Part shown: one piece after another, positions 1-9,734 of the stretch
How positions within the stretch are numbered: position 1 is the first letter of the stretch
Layout: each line of letters opens with the position of its first letter
Assembly (NCBI GenBank): GCA_902522865.1
Contig: CABYXC010000001.1
Location: 121,693 to 185,692 of the forward strand
Length of the DNA stretch: 64,000 nt
Direction: 5' to 3'
Origin: an uncultured Alphaproteobacteria bacterium
Lineage (GTDB): Bacteria > Pseudomonadota > Alphaproteobacteria > HIMB59 > GCA-002718135
Program-made: the position numbers and the translations under genes
Notes under the pieces: model-generated
Databases searched by the model: none
Told to the model about the DNA's origin: nothing
The model's input: only the letters and a program-made list of their open reading frames with translations

Positions 1-287
1 ACTGTCAAATGTGGGAATAGAGCGTAATCTTGAAATAAAAAACCAATTTTTCTTTTTTCTGTAGGTAAGTGTTTTGCAGTACTGCTTACTTCTTCACCAT
101 TAATAATAATTTTACCTGATTGTACTTTTTCAAGACCTGCTATGAGCTTTAATAAAGTAGTTTTTCCACTACCTGACGGTCCCAAAATACAAGAGATACT
201 ATCTTTATTGAGATTAAAATTAATATTATTTAAAATTTTTTTATTATTAATTGAATGAGTAAGATCTTTAACTTCAACAGCAATCAT
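1..287 (-). CDS. ABC transporter ATP-binding protein, N-terminal part (gene continues beyond window start)
   Basis: My reverse-strand translation from ATG at 287-285 gives MIAVEVKDLTHS...ILGPSGSGKTTLLKLIAGLE...FLFQDYALFPHLTV, showing Walker A and Q-loop region. It is absent from the ORF track because the window edge truncates it. Confidence 0.8.
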   Translation of the reverse strand, partial: MIAVEVKDLTHSINNKKILNNINFNLNKDSISCILGPSGSGKTTLLKLIAGLEKVQSGKIIINGEEVSSTAKHLPTEKRKIGFLFQDYALFPHLT

Positions 288-308
288 AAAATACCTATTA
301 CACTAAAA

Positions 309-1220
309 TTAAACTTGGGGAAATTTATCTAAAATTTCACTTTCCCATTCAATAAACTTTTTTGATCTATTATCAGGACTTGGATGTGATCCCATAAATT
401 CAGGCACCCTCCCTTCTTGACCTGCCATCATTCTTTGCCATAATTTAGCTGGTTCTTTAATATTAAATCCAGCAAGATTCATAAATCCCATGCCTAAGTA
501 ATCAGCTTCACTTTCCATCTTTCTACTAAATGGAAGAAAAATACCATACTTTACAACGGAGTTGTAAACATTACCTCCTACATTTCCTACTCTAAAAGAT
601 TTATTAAGAAGTTCTGCATATTTACTTCGCGATATTCCAATTGTTGCCATTTGCACCATAGATGCTTGAGTTAATTTTTCTACTGTGTGTCTAGCAAATG
701 CATGTGCAATTTCATGACCCATAACTGCAGCAATCCCGTCATCATTTTTACAAACAGGAAGTATACCAGTATAGAAAGCAATTTTACCACCAGGCATACA
801 CCATGCATTTTTTGTATCAGATTCAATTAGAGCAAATTGCCAGTTAAAATTTTCTACAGGATTTTTTTCACGCTTATTAATATAAAATGTATCTAGAGAG
901 GTATAAATTTCCTTTCCGATTTCTTCAATTTTTTTTGATTCATCTGTGTTATCTAAAAGAATTTTATCTTCTTTAGCTTTTGATAAAAATCTTGAATATG
1001 TTTTATCAACTTCTTGATTAAGAGCTTTTTCATTAGGATAAATCTTTGGAAGACCAGCTACACCACCACCCATTAAAATTATAGGTAGATTGCTATCATA
1101 TAAATTAAGTTGACTTCGATTTGTTAATGGTACTTGTGTACAAGAAGGTAAAATCATAGAACCACATAGAGAGCAACTTGCGCCAAAAACAAAGCTTCTT
1201 CTGTTTATTCTTGCTTCCAT
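309..1220 (-). CDS. M48-family Zn metallopeptidase, probably exported or lipoprotein
   Basis: 303 aa. HEIAHAFARH (HExxH) zinc motif. N-terminal RRSFVFGASCSLCG signal-like segment. Confidence 0.8.
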   Translation of the reverse strand: MEARINRRSFVFGASCSLCGSMILPSCTQVPLTNRSQLNLYDSNLPIILMGGGVAGLPKIYPNEKALNQEVDKTYSRFLSKAKEDKILLDNTDESKKIEEIGKEIYTSLDTFYINKREKNPVENFNWQFALIESDTKNAWCMPGGKIAFYTGILPVCKNDDGIAAVMGHEIAHAFARHTVEKLTQASMVQMATIGISRSKYAELLNKSFRVGNVGGNVYNSVVKYGIFLPFSRKMESEADYLGMGFMNLAGFNIKEPAKLWQRMMAGQEGRVPEFMGSHPSPDNRSKKFIEWESEILDKFPQV

Positions 1221-1248
1221 ATTATTATTATATAGGTATTTTTTTTAT

Positions 1249-2229
1249 ATGAATATTTTTAATTCAGTCAAAAAAGCAGAAATCCATGTTCATTTAGAGG
1301 CAACTATAACGCCAACTTTATGTAAAAAATTTGCCAAACGAAACAACTATGAAATAGCTGAAGAAATGTTTGGTTCAAAGTACGCATACCAATGGGATGA
1401 TTTTTATGATTTTATAAAAAAATATGACATTGTTACTTCTGTTATACATACACCAGAAGATTATTTTGAATTAACGTATGAATATCTAAAAGATTGTGCC
1501 GCCAATAATGTTCTTTATGTTGAGGCGATGATTTCATCTACTCATGCTAAAGAAAAAGGTATGACCTATCATTCATTTATTGAAGGAGTTTATGAAGCTT
1601 CTAAAAAAGCTGAGGAGGATTTTGGAATTGTTTCACGTTATATAATGAATGGGATCAGACATTTAGGGCCAGAGTCAGTTCAAGGAACTGCAGAGGAAGT
1701 TTTAAATAATCCCCATCCTTGTTTAGTTGGTTTTGGTTTGGCTGGGGATGAATTGCATTTTCCTCCAAACTTATTTGTTGAAACATTTGATATGTTAAAA
1801 AAAGAAAATTTTCCAATTACGGTTCATGCAGGTGAATGGGATGGTCCTGTAAATATTAGGAATGCTATTAACCTTCTCCATCCAACAAGATTAGGTCACG
1901 GAGTTCGATCAATAGAGGATCCTGATTTAGTTAGAGAAATAATTGATAAAGATATTATTCTAGAAACTTGTCCAACAAGTAATATTGCAACTAAAATTTA
2001 CAAAGATTATGTAGATCATCCTGTGAAAACATTATTTGATCAAGGAGTAAAAGTAACAGTAAATTCTGATGATCCTCCTTTTTTTAATGCTACGATAAAC
2101 GGTGAATACAAAGTCATGGAAGATTTAGGTTTAAATGAAAAGGAGCTAACTTCCCTTACTCATAACGCTATAAAATATTCTTTTTGCGATGATGAAAATA
2201 AAAATAAATTATTAGCTAAATTAAACTAG
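1249..2229 (+). CDS. add: adenosine/adenine deaminase family hydrolase
   Basis: 326 aa. HVHLE near the N-terminus, HAGE and SDDPPFF blocks typical of the adenosine deaminase fold. Confidence 0.8.
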   Translation: MNIFNSVKKAEIHVHLEATITPTLCKKFAKRNNYEIAEEMFGSKYAYQWDDFYDFIKKYDIVTSVIHTPEDYFELTYEYLKDCAANNVLYVEAMISSTHAKEKGMTYHSFIEGVYEASKKAEEDFGIVSRYIMNGIRHLGPESVQGTAEEVLNNPHPCLVGFGLAGDELHFPPNLFVETFDMLKKENFPITVHAGEWDGPVNIRNAINLLHPTRLGHGVRSIEDPDLVREIIDKDIILETCPTSNIATKIYKDYVDHPVKTLFDQGVKVTVNSDDPPFFNATINGEYKVMEDLGLNEKELTSLTHNAIKYSFCDDENKNKLLAKLN

Positions 2230-3190
2230 ATAATTTTACTAAAGGTCTTGCACCATAATGAGAAATAATTTCTGCGGCAGCAATTGATGCGTAATTACCA
2301 CATTCATCCATTGCTTTACCTTTAGAATAACCAAATAAAAAACCAGCTGCAAATAAATCTCCAGCTCCAGTTGTATCTACAACTTTTTCTACTTTTTTTG
2401 CAGCAACTTCAGTGATGTCATTACCAGAAACAATAACTGATCCACTACTTCCTTTAGTAATAGCAGCAATTATATTTAATGATTTTGCATACTCTAGACC
2501 TTCTTCAAAACTTTCTGTTTGTGCCATTGCTTTGATTTCATCTTCGTTAGCAAAAAGAATATCAACATTCTCAGTTATTAATTCTTTAAAAGAATCTCTG
2601 TGTCTATCAACACAAAAAAGATCAGATAAAGTAAATGCAATTTTTTGATTATCAGCTTTGCAAATATCCACCATTTTTTTCATAGCCTTTTTTGCATTCT
2701 CATTGTCCCACAAGTAGCCTTCCAAATATGCAATTTTATGATTTTTAATATCATCCACTTTTATATCTTCAGGACCTATTAATGTTCCAGCACCAAGAAA
2801 AGTACACATTGTTCTAGTTCCATCTTCTTCAACAAAAATTGTACAACATCCAGTTGAAATATTAGGAGATGTAAATCCCAATGGAAATTTTAGTCCTTCC
2901 CGGATCATATCTTTTTGAAGGTATACTCCAATTTCATCATTTTTAATTTTTCCAATAAAACTTCCATTACCGCCAAAAGAGGTGATACCAAACATGGAGT
3001 TACCAAGGGAACCTCCACCAGCCATTTCTCTGATGGAATAACTCTCATGCAAATTATTTTTTAAATTTTCATCAATAAGATTCATAGAATCTCTATTAAT
3101 TTCATGTTTTTCAATTTCACTTTGATTGGAAGGAATTATGGCATCTACCATAGCATTTCCAATTCCAACTACGTCTAATTTATCACTCAT
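2216..3190 (-). CDS. PfkB-family kinase, probably adenosine kinase
   Basis: 324 aa. C-terminal DTTGAGDLFAAGF motif of ribokinase/PfkB kinases. Convergent with add and overlaps it by 14 nt. Confidence 0.7.
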   Translation of the reverse strand: MSDKLDVVGIGNAMVDAIIPSNQSEIEKHEINRDSMNLIDENLKNNLHESYSIREMAGGGSLGNSMFGITSFGGNGSFIGKIKNDEIGVYLQKDMIREGLKFPLGFTSPNISTGCCTIFVEEDGTRTMCTFLGAGTLIGPEDIKVDDIKNHKIAYLEGYLWDNENAKKAMKKMVDICKADNQKIAFTLSDLFCVDRHRDSFKELITENVDILFANEDEIKAMAQTESFEEGLEYAKSLNIIAAITKGSSGSVIVSGNDITEVAAKKVEKVVDTTGAGDLFAAGFLFGYSKGKAMDECGNYASIAAAEIISHYGARPLVKLSSLI

Positions 3191-4071
3191 TTTTGTTTAA
3201 TAATTATTGGTACTAATTGTACTATAATGACTCCAATAAATATTGCAAGGCATCCAAGTATTTTTTGTGTGTCTAAAACTTGATCTAAAAGTATCCAACC
3301 TGCTATTGCAGCAAAGACTGACTCCATTGATAAAATAATGGCAGCAGGAGCAGGATTAGCTTTATGTTGAGCAATAATTTGAAGTGTATATCCAATGCCA
3401 GCAGAAAAAATACCCGTGTATAAAATTTCAAACCACTCAATTTGCATATTGGAGAGCTTTGGTTCCTCCCACATAAAAGCTAGGATCATAGATAAAAAAA
3501 AAACAATAAAGTACTGAATACTTCCAAATAAAAAAGGACTGTTTAGTTCTTTCATAAAAATATCGATACAAATAATATGTAAGGCAAAAAACAAAGCTGC
3601 AATAAATAATAGTGAATCTGATTGTTGAATTTCAACTGATTGATTAGAGGACAAAAGATATGATCCATACAAACAGAGTAAAATGGCAATCCAGATAATC
3701 CAGTGTACCTGTTTTTTAATTATGAATCTTGAAATTATTCCAACAAAGGGAACGTAAAGAGTGCTAAGAAAAGCAGCATTTGATATTAATGATTTTTGTA
3801 AAGCGTATTGTTGAAGCCCCATACCACCAAAAAGAAAAAAACCTGTAGCCAAACAAAGATAAACTTTTTTTCTATCACTTAATATTTTAAAAATATTTTG
3901 TTGTTCTAGATAAATCGCAAATGGAATTACCGTTAAAAAAGCAAAAAAGAATCTTCCAAAGCTAAAAGTAAAAGGACCTATGGCTCCCATTCCAGTAGTT
4001 TGGCTTACAAAAGCTGTTCCCCATATAAGTGAGGCAATTAACATAAGTATGTTAGCTCTTGTATGACTCAT
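3187..4071 (-). CDS. DMT-superfamily (EamA-type) permease
   Basis: 294 aa, about ten hydrophobic segments in two similar halves. 4-nt overlap with the upstream kinase gene. Confidence 0.75.
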   Translation of the reverse strand: MSHTRANILMLIASLIWGTAFVSQTTGMGAIGPFTFSFGRFFFAFLTVIPFAIYLEQQNIFKILSDRKKVYLCLATGFFLFGGMGLQQYALQKSLISNAAFLSTLYVPFVGIISRFIIKKQVHWIIWIAILLCLYGSYLLSSNQSVEIQQSDSLLFIAALFFALHIICIDIFMKELNSPFLFGSIQYFIVFFLSMILAFMWEEPKLSNMQIEWFEILYTGIFSAGIGYTLQIIAQHKANPAPAAIILSMESVFAAIAGWILLDQVLDTQKILGCLAIFIGVIIVQLVPIIIKQK

Positions 4072-4092
4072 AAAAATATTTGATTAATTATT

Positions 4093-5883
4093 TTATTGTT
4101 TATCTTTATTAATCCACCAAGACTCAATTACAATTCCGTAAAGTGGAATTTCGTCTGGGTATTCAAAAAAATCCCAATAAGCAATTCTGTCTTTGTTGCT
4201 ATGATAAAGAGGAACTACATAGTGACCCCATAGCAATACTCTATCAAGTGCGTGGATCGCTGTTGTTAATTCTTCTCTATTTGTTGCACTAATTAATTTT
4301 TCAATTAATGCATCAACTGCTGGACTATTGATACCAGGATAATTTCTGCTTCCATCTTTTTGACCAACTTCTGATCCCCAATAAAATTGTTGCTCATTTC
4401 CTGGGCTTAAACTGACTCCCCAATATCTTTTAATCATATCAAAATCATAACTTAACAAACGTTCTTGATACTGTGATGAATCAACAGTTCTTACATCCAT
4501 TGTAATGCCAAGTTTTTTTAAATTACTTTGATAGGCTAACGCAATTTTCTCATCAGATGGACTGACAATCAAGAACTCAAACTTGAATTCTTTTCCATCT
4601 TTTACCAGTTTTCCATCTTCAACAAACCATCCCTCTTTTTCGAGTATTTCTTTTGCTTTCAATAAATTTTTACGGTCATTACCACTGCCATCTGTAATAG
4701 GTGGAGCAAATGTTTCCGTAAATACCTCTGCTGGAATTTCATCTTTCCATACATTCAATAGTTCTAACTCATTTTTTGACGGTAAGCCTGAAGAAGCTAA
4801 TGGAGAATTGTCAAAATAACTATCTGTTCTCACATAAGTATTTTGATATATCGTTTTATTAATCCATTCATGATCATAGGCATAACTTAAAGCAAGTCTT
4901 ACATTTCTATTATTAAATATGTCACGTCTTGTATTCATCACAAGACCATTCATTCCAACAGGTCTATCGTTATTCATTTCTGTCAGTATTACTTCACCAT
5001 TTTGGACAGCTTTGAAATCATATTCTGATAACCAACGTTTAACATTGTATTCTCTTCTAAAGTCGTATTCACCAACCTTAAATGCTTCAACTAAGACATT
5101 TGAGTCTTTGTAATAATCATAAATAATTTTATCAAAATTATAGAGACCTTTATTTACTGGTAAATCTTTTGCCCAATAATTTTCAACGCGTTTGTATTTT
5201 ATTTGACGGCCTGGATCGAGACTATCAACTTGGTATGGACCACTGCCAAGAGGGATATCTAAAAATGTTTTTGTAACATCAAGATTTTCATAAAACTTTT
5301 TTGGAATGATAGGAAGAAAGCCCGCAATAATAAGAGGCAATTCTTTATCTTCATTATTTTCAAAAATCATTTTTATTCCATCATTTCCAATCAATTGAGT
5401 TTCAACAACTTTGCCATATGTTTTTTTCTGATTTGGAGTACCTTTTGTTTGAAATGTTTCTAGACTAAACAATACATCATCGCGTGTTATTGGTGAGCCA
5501 TCATGAAATGTTGCATTTGAATTTAAATAAAAAGTTATAGACGATCTATCTTCAGGCAATTCTACTTTTTCAGCTATTAAACCATAGAGAGAGAATGCTT
5601 CATCCCATACTCTTCTCATTAACGTATCATTAACATACCCAAGTCCAGCAGCTTTAGAACCTTTAAATGCTACTCTATTAAGATTATCAAAAGAACCATA
5701 TGATCCAAATTTTACCGTTCCACCTTTAGGTGCATTTGGGTTCACATAATCTAGATTTTCAAAATCACTGGCATACTTTGGTGTTCCATGCATTGCAATA
5801 CCGTGAACTTTTTCACTGTACGCATGTTTGTTAAGTGCAATTATTGAAGTTAAAATGGCAAATGCGATTAGGAATTTTTTCAT
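4093..5883 (-). CDS. ABC transporter periplasmic substrate-binding protein, family 5 (peptide/opine/YejA-like), orphan
   Basis: 596 aa with signal peptide MKKFLIAFAILTSIIALNKHAYS. Size and block structure fit cluster-5 SBPs. No cognate permease genes are adjacent. Confidence 0.75.
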   Translation of the reverse strand: MKKFLIAFAILTSIIALNKHAYSEKVHGIAMHGTPKYASDFENLDYVNPNAPKGGTVKFGSYGSFDNLNRVAFKGSKAAGLGYVNDTLMRRVWDEAFSLYGLIAEKVELPEDRSSITFYLNSNATFHDGSPITRDDVLFSLETFQTKGTPNQKKTYGKVVETQLIGNDGIKMIFENNEDKELPLIIAGFLPIIPKKFYENLDVTKTFLDIPLGSGPYQVDSLDPGRQIKYKRVENYWAKDLPVNKGLYNFDKIIYDYYKDSNVLVEAFKVGEYDFRREYNVKRWLSEYDFKAVQNGEVILTEMNNDRPVGMNGLVMNTRRDIFNNRNVRLALSYAYDHEWINKTIYQNTYVRTDSYFDNSPLASSGLPSKNELELLNVWKDEIPAEVFTETFAPPITDGSGNDRKNLLKAKEILEKEGWFVEDGKLVKDGKEFKFEFLIVSPSDEKIALAYQSNLKKLGITMDVRTVDSSQYQERLLSYDFDMIKRYWGVSLSPGNEQQFYWGSEVGQKDGSRNYPGINSPAVDALIEKLISATNREELTTAIHALDRVLLWGHYVVPLYHSNKDRIAYWDFFEYPDEIPLYGIVIESWWINKDKQ

Positions 5884-5951
5884 AGGTATATCCTATCAAA
5901 AAAAAGACAGATTTGTAATGAAATATAAATTTAAAAAATTATATAAATAGA

Positions 5952-6359
5952 ATGCAAACCCTTAAATTAATTTCGGTACTTATAGTATTATGTATTGGAC
6001 ATAGTATTCATGCAGCAGAAGTTGATATTTTTAAAGGGATGAAACTATATGCTGAAAATTGCGCAGGGTGTCATATGGGTAATTTAGCAGGTCATGAAGA
6101 GTGGGATAAATCGTTAGATGAAGATGGTCATAGAAGAGCACCTCCTCTTAATGGCACTGGGCACACTTGGCACCACTCTCCTGCACAATTATTTCATGTC
6201 ATTAAATATGGTTTTAATAAATCAAATCCTGATTATGAAGGTAAAATGCTTGGTAATGATGCGTTATCAGATGAAGATGTTTGGTCTATTCTTGAATTTA
6301 TCAAAAGTACATGGCCAGAAAAAATACTAAATAAATATAACTCCCATTTTAAAAGCTAA
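5952..6359 (+). CDS. small periplasmic c-type cytochrome
   Basis: 135 aa with signal peptide and a single CAGCH heme-binding motif. Confidence 0.7.
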   Translation: MQTLKLISVLIVLCIGHSIHAAEVDIFKGMKLYAENCAGCHMGNLAGHEEWDKSLDEDGHRRAPPLNGTGHTWHHSPAQLFHVIKYGFNKSNPDYEGKMLGNDALSDEDVWSILEFIKSTWPEKILNKYNSHFKS

Positions 6360-6410
6360 GATTATTAAAGCAAATCTTCAATTTTAATATTTAAGATATA
6401 TATTATTATT

Positions 6411-7328
6411 ATGAAAATTTTAGGATCTGAAATCACACCCTATAAGACATATTTAAATAGACGTAAGTTTATAAAGGGATCTTTAGCTAGCGCCATGCTA
6501 GCAACGGTTACCTCATCAGCATTTGCAAACCACGATAGTGATCTTCCAATTTATACTAAAAATCTAAATGAAAACGACAAACTTAATTCGTACGAAGAAA
6601 TCACAACTTACAATAATTTTTATGAGTTTGGGACTCATAAAAAACATCCCCATTTAAATTCTGGAAATTTTAAACCTAGGCCATGGACAATAAAAATAGA
6701 TGGTCTTGTGAAAAAGCCTCAAACATTTGATTTAGAAAAAATTTTATCAAATGTAACAATTGAAGATAGGGTTTATAGATTAAGATGTGTTGAAGCATGG
6801 TCCATGGTTATTCCTTGGCAGGGTTTTCAGTTATCTGAACTTATAAAAATGGCCGAACCTTTAAGTTCAGCAAAGTATGTTCAGTTTGTAACTGTATTCA
6901 GGCCGGAAGAAATGCCAGGTCAGCAAAAGAGAACAATTATTTGGCCATATAGAGAAGGGCTTCGAATGGATGAAGCAATGAATCCTTTAACAATATTAGC
7001 AACTGGATTGTATGGTCATGAAATGCCTAATCAAAATGGTGCACCCATAAGATTAGTTGTTCCATGGAAGTATGGTTTCAAATCAATTAAATCAATTGTG
7101 GAAATTAGATTTTTAGATACTCAACCTGAAACATCTTGGGAAACTTTAGCTCCTTGGGAATATGGTTTTTATGCTAATGTTAATCCTAATGTTAATCATC
7201 CAAGATGGAGTCAAGGAACAGAGAGACGAATTGGAGAGTTTAAAAGAAGAGAAACACTTATGTTTAATGGCTATGAAGAAGAAGTAGCACATCTCTATAA
7301 AGATTTAGATTTGACTAAATTTTATTAA
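6411..7328 (+). CDS. msrP: protein-methionine-sulfoxide reductase catalytic subunit (YedY/MsrP, molybdopterin)
   Basis: 305 aa. Tat-type RRKFIKGS signal. ITTYNNFYEFG block recognised from MsrP. Followed directly by msrQ. Confidence 0.85.
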   Translation: MKILGSEITPYKTYLNRRKFIKGSLASAMLATVTSSAFANHDSDLPIYTKNLNENDKLNSYEEITTYNNFYEFGTHKKHPHLNSGNFKPRPWTIKIDGLVKKPQTFDLEKILSNVTIEDRVYRLRCVEAWSMVIPWQGFQLSELIKMAEPLSSAKYVQFVTVFRPEEMPGQQKRTIIWPYREGLRMDEAMNPLTILATGLYGHEMPNQNGAPIRLVVPWKYGFKSIKSIVEIRFLDTQPETSWETLAPWEYGFYANVNPNVNHPRWSQGTERRIGEFKRRETLMFNGYEEEVAHLYKDLDLTKFY

Positions 7329-7331
7329 TGA

Positions 7332-7937
7332 ATGTTTTCAACAAGAAATTTTAACCGCAGCAAACCTGTCTTATTTATTTTAATTCTATTTCCTAGTCTA
7401 CTCTGGGCGTACCAATTTATTACTGGGAATCTTGGAGTAAATCCAATTGAAAAACTAATGGATGAATTAGGTCTAATGGCACTCAGATTAATAATCATAA
7501 CTCTCATGATTACCACTCTATCAAATATTAAATCTTTAAAATCGATAGTTGTTTTACGAAGAATGATCGGACTTTTTGCTTTCTATTATGTCTGTTTGCA
7601 TTTCTCCACTTACATAGTTTTAGATCATTTTTTAGATATGCAATTTATCATACAAGATATTATAAAAAGACCATTTATAACTTTTGGTTTTATAAGCTTT
7701 CTTTTTTTAATCCCACTTGCTAGCACTTCAACAAACAATATCATTAAACGATTAGGTTTTAAATTATGGAAGAAAATTCATTATTTAATTTACCCGGTAG
7801 CCATTCTAGCTAGTATGCATTTTTATGTTTTAGTTCGTGCTGATAAAACTGAACCAGTCATTTATATGGGAATAATTATCCTCTTATTACTTCACAGAAT
7901 ATTTAAAAGAATTACTCGTCCTCAGTTGGCTCAGTAA
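7332..7937 (+). CDS. msrQ: MsrQ/YedZ heme-binding membrane subunit
   Basis: 201 aa polytopic membrane protein starting 4 nt after msrP. Confidence 0.8.
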   Translation: MFSTRNFNRSKPVLFILILFPSLLWAYQFITGNLGVNPIEKLMDELGLMALRLIIITLMITTLSNIKSLKSIVVLRRMIGLFAFYYVCLHFSTYIVLDHFLDMQFIIQDIIKRPFITFGFISFLFLIPLASTSTNNIIKRLGFKLWKKIHYLIYPVAILASMHFYVLVRADKTEPVIYMGIIILLLLHRIFKRITRPQLAQ

Positions 7938-9150
7938 CGGGGTTCATTTCCATACCGGCAGGACTAATATTTCGCGGTAAAGGATTATATTGTGATTCAA
8001 GATCACGGGGTTTAGTTCTTTGTGTCATTCTATACAAACCAAACAACCCTAGCAGTCCATGTATTAAAAATAAATAGATGTAAAAACCTAGCGCTCCTAA
8101 AATTTCCATAAATCCAGAAACAAACAAAGGTCCGATAATTGATCCAATACCAATAAGTATACCAAAGGTTGCACTTGCTGATACTATCTCATTAGGTTGT
8201 AAGAAGTCATTTGTATGAGCAACCGTAAGTGAATACATTGGTAAACACGCAACTGAAAAAAGACCAGTAAAAATTAAGAACAATGTTAGCGGCATAAAGT
8301 TTGCAAAAACAAAAAATAAACTCAAACCTGAAGCCATAAAAGACACACCAATAAGAATAACACGTCTATCAATTCTATCTGACAAATATCCAATAGGCCA
8401 TTGAGATAGAGCGCCAGCTGAAGTTATAATCATCATATAGAGAGAAATTTCAAATAAGCTTAAATTAATAGATGATGCATAAATTGCACCGTACCCAAAA
8501 ACTGCACTATGCGATAAACCAGTTGCTAATGCGCCAACAAAACCCAAGGGCGACACAGTATAAAATTCTTTTAAAGAAAAAAATTTAGAACTTTCTGTAT
8601 TAGGTTGTTCTGTTGAAGATAAAAGAATAGGAAGAAGTGCGAATGATAATAAGATTGATACTAAAATAAATAAATCAACTTTAGCTGGATCGCCTAAATT
8701 TAATAAAAATTGTCCTGCTCCAACAAATACAAAAGTAATAATCATGTAAACGGAAAGTAATTGACCGCGAGTTTGATTAGTTGATTTTTCATTCAACCAA
8801 CTCTCCATGATTACATAAATTCCAGCAAGACTTAAACCAGTTAATATTCGTATAAACATCCATGAATAAGGATGAACAAATACTGAGTGTAATAGTATAG
8901 CGATAGAGGCAAGAGATGCTAAAGCGGCAAAAACTCTTATGTGACCAACACGTTGTAAAAAAATTGGAATTGTTAACGCGCCAGTTAAGTATCCAACATA
9001 ATAACCAGCTATAATAAGTCCTGATGCAAAAAAACTAAAACCTTCTAAAACAGAACGAACACCGATAAGTGTTCCTTGCAAACCGTGACCAAGACTAATT
9101 AAAGCAAAGCCAAAAAAAAGGGCCCAAGTGTTTTGTAGTACCTTAAACAT
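7912..9150 (-). CDS. MFS transporter
   Basis: 412 aa with about 12 hydrophobic helices. 26-nt convergent overlap with msrQ. Confidence 0.7.
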   Translation of the reverse strand: MFKVLQNTWALFFGFALISLGHGLQGTLIGVRSVLEGFSFFASGLIIAGYYVGYLTGALTIPIFLQRVGHIRVFAALASLASIAILLHSVFVHPYSWMFIRILTGLSLAGIYVIMESWLNEKSTNQTRGQLLSVYMIITFVFVGAGQFLLNLGDPAKVDLFILVSILLSFALLPILLSSTEQPNTESSKFFSLKEFYTVSPLGFVGALATGLSHSAVFGYGAIYASSINLSLFEISLYMMIITSAGALSQWPIGYLSDRIDRRVILIGVSFMASGLSLFFVFANFMPLTLFLIFTGLFSVACLPMYSLTVAHTNDFLQPNEIVSASATFGILIGIGSIIGPLFVSGFMEILGALGFYIYLFLIHGLLGLFGLYRMTQRTKPRDLESQYNPLPRNISPAGMEMNPVTEPTEDE

Positions 9151-9172
9151 CTTCTAAATTTTTATTGAAATT

Positions 9173-9526
9173 TTAGTATTCTTCTTCGCCGTCTTCTTTA
9201 GGTTTAATACCTTCGGCTATTGGATCAATTTCTGTTTCATCTTCTAATAAAACAGTATCATCCTCAAGATTGTCTTCGTTGTTATCCAAATCCAAATTAT
9301 CGATATCAAGGTCATCATCTTTTTCTTTTGGTTTTGGAGGAATAGGATTAGTTAAAGGAGCAGCATTAGTACTACCAGGTTTTCTACCACGTCTTGGTCT
9401 GGTCATTGTAGTTACTTCAATTAGTTTACCACATTCTGGACATTCCAGTTCAGTTCTTCCCAAGTCGTAGTATTGCTTACTACACATTGGACAAATTCTT
9501 TTTTGACCCCAAGATTCTTTGTACAT
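9173..9526 (-). CDS. zinc-ribbon protein with acidic tail (FYDLN_acid/TIGR02300-like)
   Basis: 117 aa. CPMC...YYDLG...CPEC ribbon followed by a D/E-rich C-terminus. Confidence 0.6.
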   Translation of the reverse strand: MYKESWGQKRICPMCSKQYYDLGRTELECPECGKLIEVTTMTRPRRGRKPGSTNAAPLTNPIPPKPKEKDDDLDIDNLDLDNNEDNLEDDTVLLEDETEIDPIAEGIKPKEDGEEEY

Positions 9527-9528
9527 TT

Positions 9529-9699
9529 CTACTTTTCTTTTTTTATAAATATTTTACCACAATAACCACAAACAATTTTATTCTCATTATTGAAGGTATA
9601 ATAAACTGCGGGATGTCCTAAACCATCTTCACCACCATCGCAAGAGATAGTTTCGGTTTTTGGATCTACTTCCACAATATCTTCAGTCATAAAAGCCAT
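9529..9699 (-). CDS. 56-aa zinc-finger (zf-CHCC-like) protein, not in supplied ORF track
   Basis: My translation: MAFMTEDIVEVDPKTETISCDGGEDGLGHPAVYYTFNNENKIVCGYCGKIFIKKEK*. It shows a C...H...C..C pattern. The TAG stop lies 2 nt before the ATG of the next gene. Confidence 0.55.
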   Translation of the reverse strand: MAFMTEDIVEVDPKTETISCDGGEDGLGHPAVYYTFNNENKIVCGYCGKIFIKKEK

Positions 9700-9734
9700 A
9701 TAAAATTTTCATGCAAAAAGTCTATATTTTTTCC

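Noticed and set aside
2412-2648. 78-aa plus-strand ORF inside the PfkB kinase gene
   Set aside because: It is fully antisense to a motif-supported gene and its sequence is low-complexity with no motif. This is a typical shadow ORF. The same reasoning applies to 4583-4819, 4919-5113, 9270-9470, 10606-10806, 18189-18407, 18678-18860, 19243-19455, 22260-22593, 23166-23504, 24443-24643, 25110-25310, 27967-28176, 29610-29879, 33211-33423, 35258-35536, 36045-36302, 36611-36877, 46049-46285, 50831-51040, 54356-54562, 54977-55171, 58673-58927, 61447-61638 and 62694-62885.
6118-6330. 70-aa same-strand alternative-frame ORF within the cytochrome c gene
   Set aside because: It overlaps a frame that carries the signal peptide and the CAGCH heme motif, and it has no features of its own.
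9173-9699. Two small adjacent genes considered as a toxin-antitoxin pair
   Set aside because: Both are Zn-ribbon proteins of conserved alphaproteobacterial families with no toxin-like fold or motif.
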